DNA of 63,309 bases, the filler included, from Reclinomonas americana ATCC 50394 (lineage: Eukaryota): NCBI GenBank assembly GCA_048213135.1. It is 6 parts of 4 records of this genome, joined end to end, with 100 filler letters (N's around TTAATTAATTAA, not from the genome) between each part and the next. Parts side by side here need not be neighbours in the genome. Positions count along the whole stretch, not along the records: positions 60,652 to 63,309 come from PS015018.1; 5 more parts are not named here. One strand, given 5' to 3'. Position numbers and translations under genes: made by a program. Of the stretch, positions 62,581-63,309 are shown piece after piece. The notes beneath the pieces were generated by a model. That model did not search any database. It had not been told where the DNA came from and saw nothing but the letters and a program-made list of their open reading frames with translations. Every line of letters starts with the position of its first letter. The first letter of the stretch is position 1.

Positions 62581-63309
62581 TTATCGGCGCAAATCGACAA
62601 TCACCACCGTCATGTTGTCGGTGCCGAGGCCACCGTTGGAGCGCGTGTCGGGTGCGCAGCACTCGTCCTCCAGCTCCGCAGCAATATCCGACAGCTTCGG
62701 GGCCGGCTCGCCGGTCCGCTGCGGCCTCTCGATCAGCCGCTCGCGCACATACGTGACAACCTCCTGGTTCGTCTTCACGTCCCAGATGCCGTCGCAGGCC
62801 AGCACCAGGAATTCGTCCTCGGGCGTCAGCTGGTGCGACCGCACATCCGGCTCGGCGCTAATAATCTGGCGCTCCGCTGGCAGCGACTTGTTGACCTTGT
62901 ACTTGAGGTCACCAATGGCGCGGCTCAAGTTGAGCGATCCGTTGACACGGCCAACTGCCGTCACAAAGCCACCGGCCGCCACAATTCGTCGTCTCTCCGG
63001 CTCATCCTCTGGCTTGTGATCCTCCGAGAGCGCCACCGCCTGACCGGCCCTCGACAGCACCGCACGAGAGTCGCCAGCATTGGCCACAAACAGCGTCTGG
63101 CCCACCACGGCCGCCACCACCGACGTGCAGCCGGCGTGCACTGGATGCTCGGGCAGCGAGTCGAACTGCGGTCCCGACGACGACGAGCTGCCGCCGGCAG
63201 CGGATCTCGCGCCGCTACTCAACTCAGCCTCCTCATCGTCATCGTCGTCGTCGTCGTCGCCCTTACCACCGCCCTGCTTCTGCTTCTGCTGCATGATGAT
63301 CGAGCGCAG
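62581..63309 (-). CDS. PP2C/PPM phosphatase (PPM1G-like with acidic insert); 5' partial
   Basis: AGCTSVV, VANAGDSRAVL, LSEDHKP, RVNGSLNLSRAIGDLKYK, FLVLACDGIWD, GTDNMTVVIV. Confidence 0.95.
   Translation of the reverse strand: MRSIIMQQKQKQGGGKGDDDDDDDDEEAELSSGARSAAGGSSSSSGPQFDSLPEHPVHAGCTSVVAAVVGQTLFVANAGDSRAVLSRAGQAVALSEDHKPEDEPERRRIVAAGGFVTAVGRVNGSLNLSRAIGDLKYKVNKSLPAERQIISAEPDVRSHQLTPEDEFLVLACDGIWDVKTNQEVVTYVRERLIERPQRTGEPAPKLSDIAAELEDECCAPDTRSNGGLGTDNMTVVIVDLRR

Overview
Gene-dense, GC-rich DNA from a unicellular eukaryote (probably flagellated, given an LRRC9-like gene). Genes carry many short GT-AG introns (mostly ~60-90 nt), often with (GA)n/(GT)n microsatellites. The window is a draft pseudo-scaffold: five artificial N44-TTAATTAATTAA-N44 linkers join separate scaffolds, and three gap-flanked contigs are flipped inside genes. 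Recognisable genes: an equilibrative nucleoside transporter, TMEM260, a Ubc9-like E2, GSK3, a nucleotide-diphospho-sugar transferase, an FN3-IFI44-like GTPase tandem array, LRRC9-like, a degenerate kinesin, a four-homeodomain protein, DHX35-like, NRAMP, ubiquitin-RPL40, METTL25-like, glutaminase, ZNF593/BUD20 and PP2C. Most notable observations: (1) a second, abundant class of 5' splice sites shifted by one base (non-G|GTTNNG versus G|GTNNG), roughly a quarter of the introns I traced by hand; (2) a tandem array of FN3 + IFI44-like GTPase genes with divergent FN3 loops, a candidate protist immune-like system; (3) a head-to-head pair of diverged membrane-protein paralogs with start codons 49 bp apart; (4) a non-coding hairpin cluster; (5) a 3-nt microexon in NRAMP. 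All gene models were spliced by hand and family calls rest on motif recognition, not database searches.
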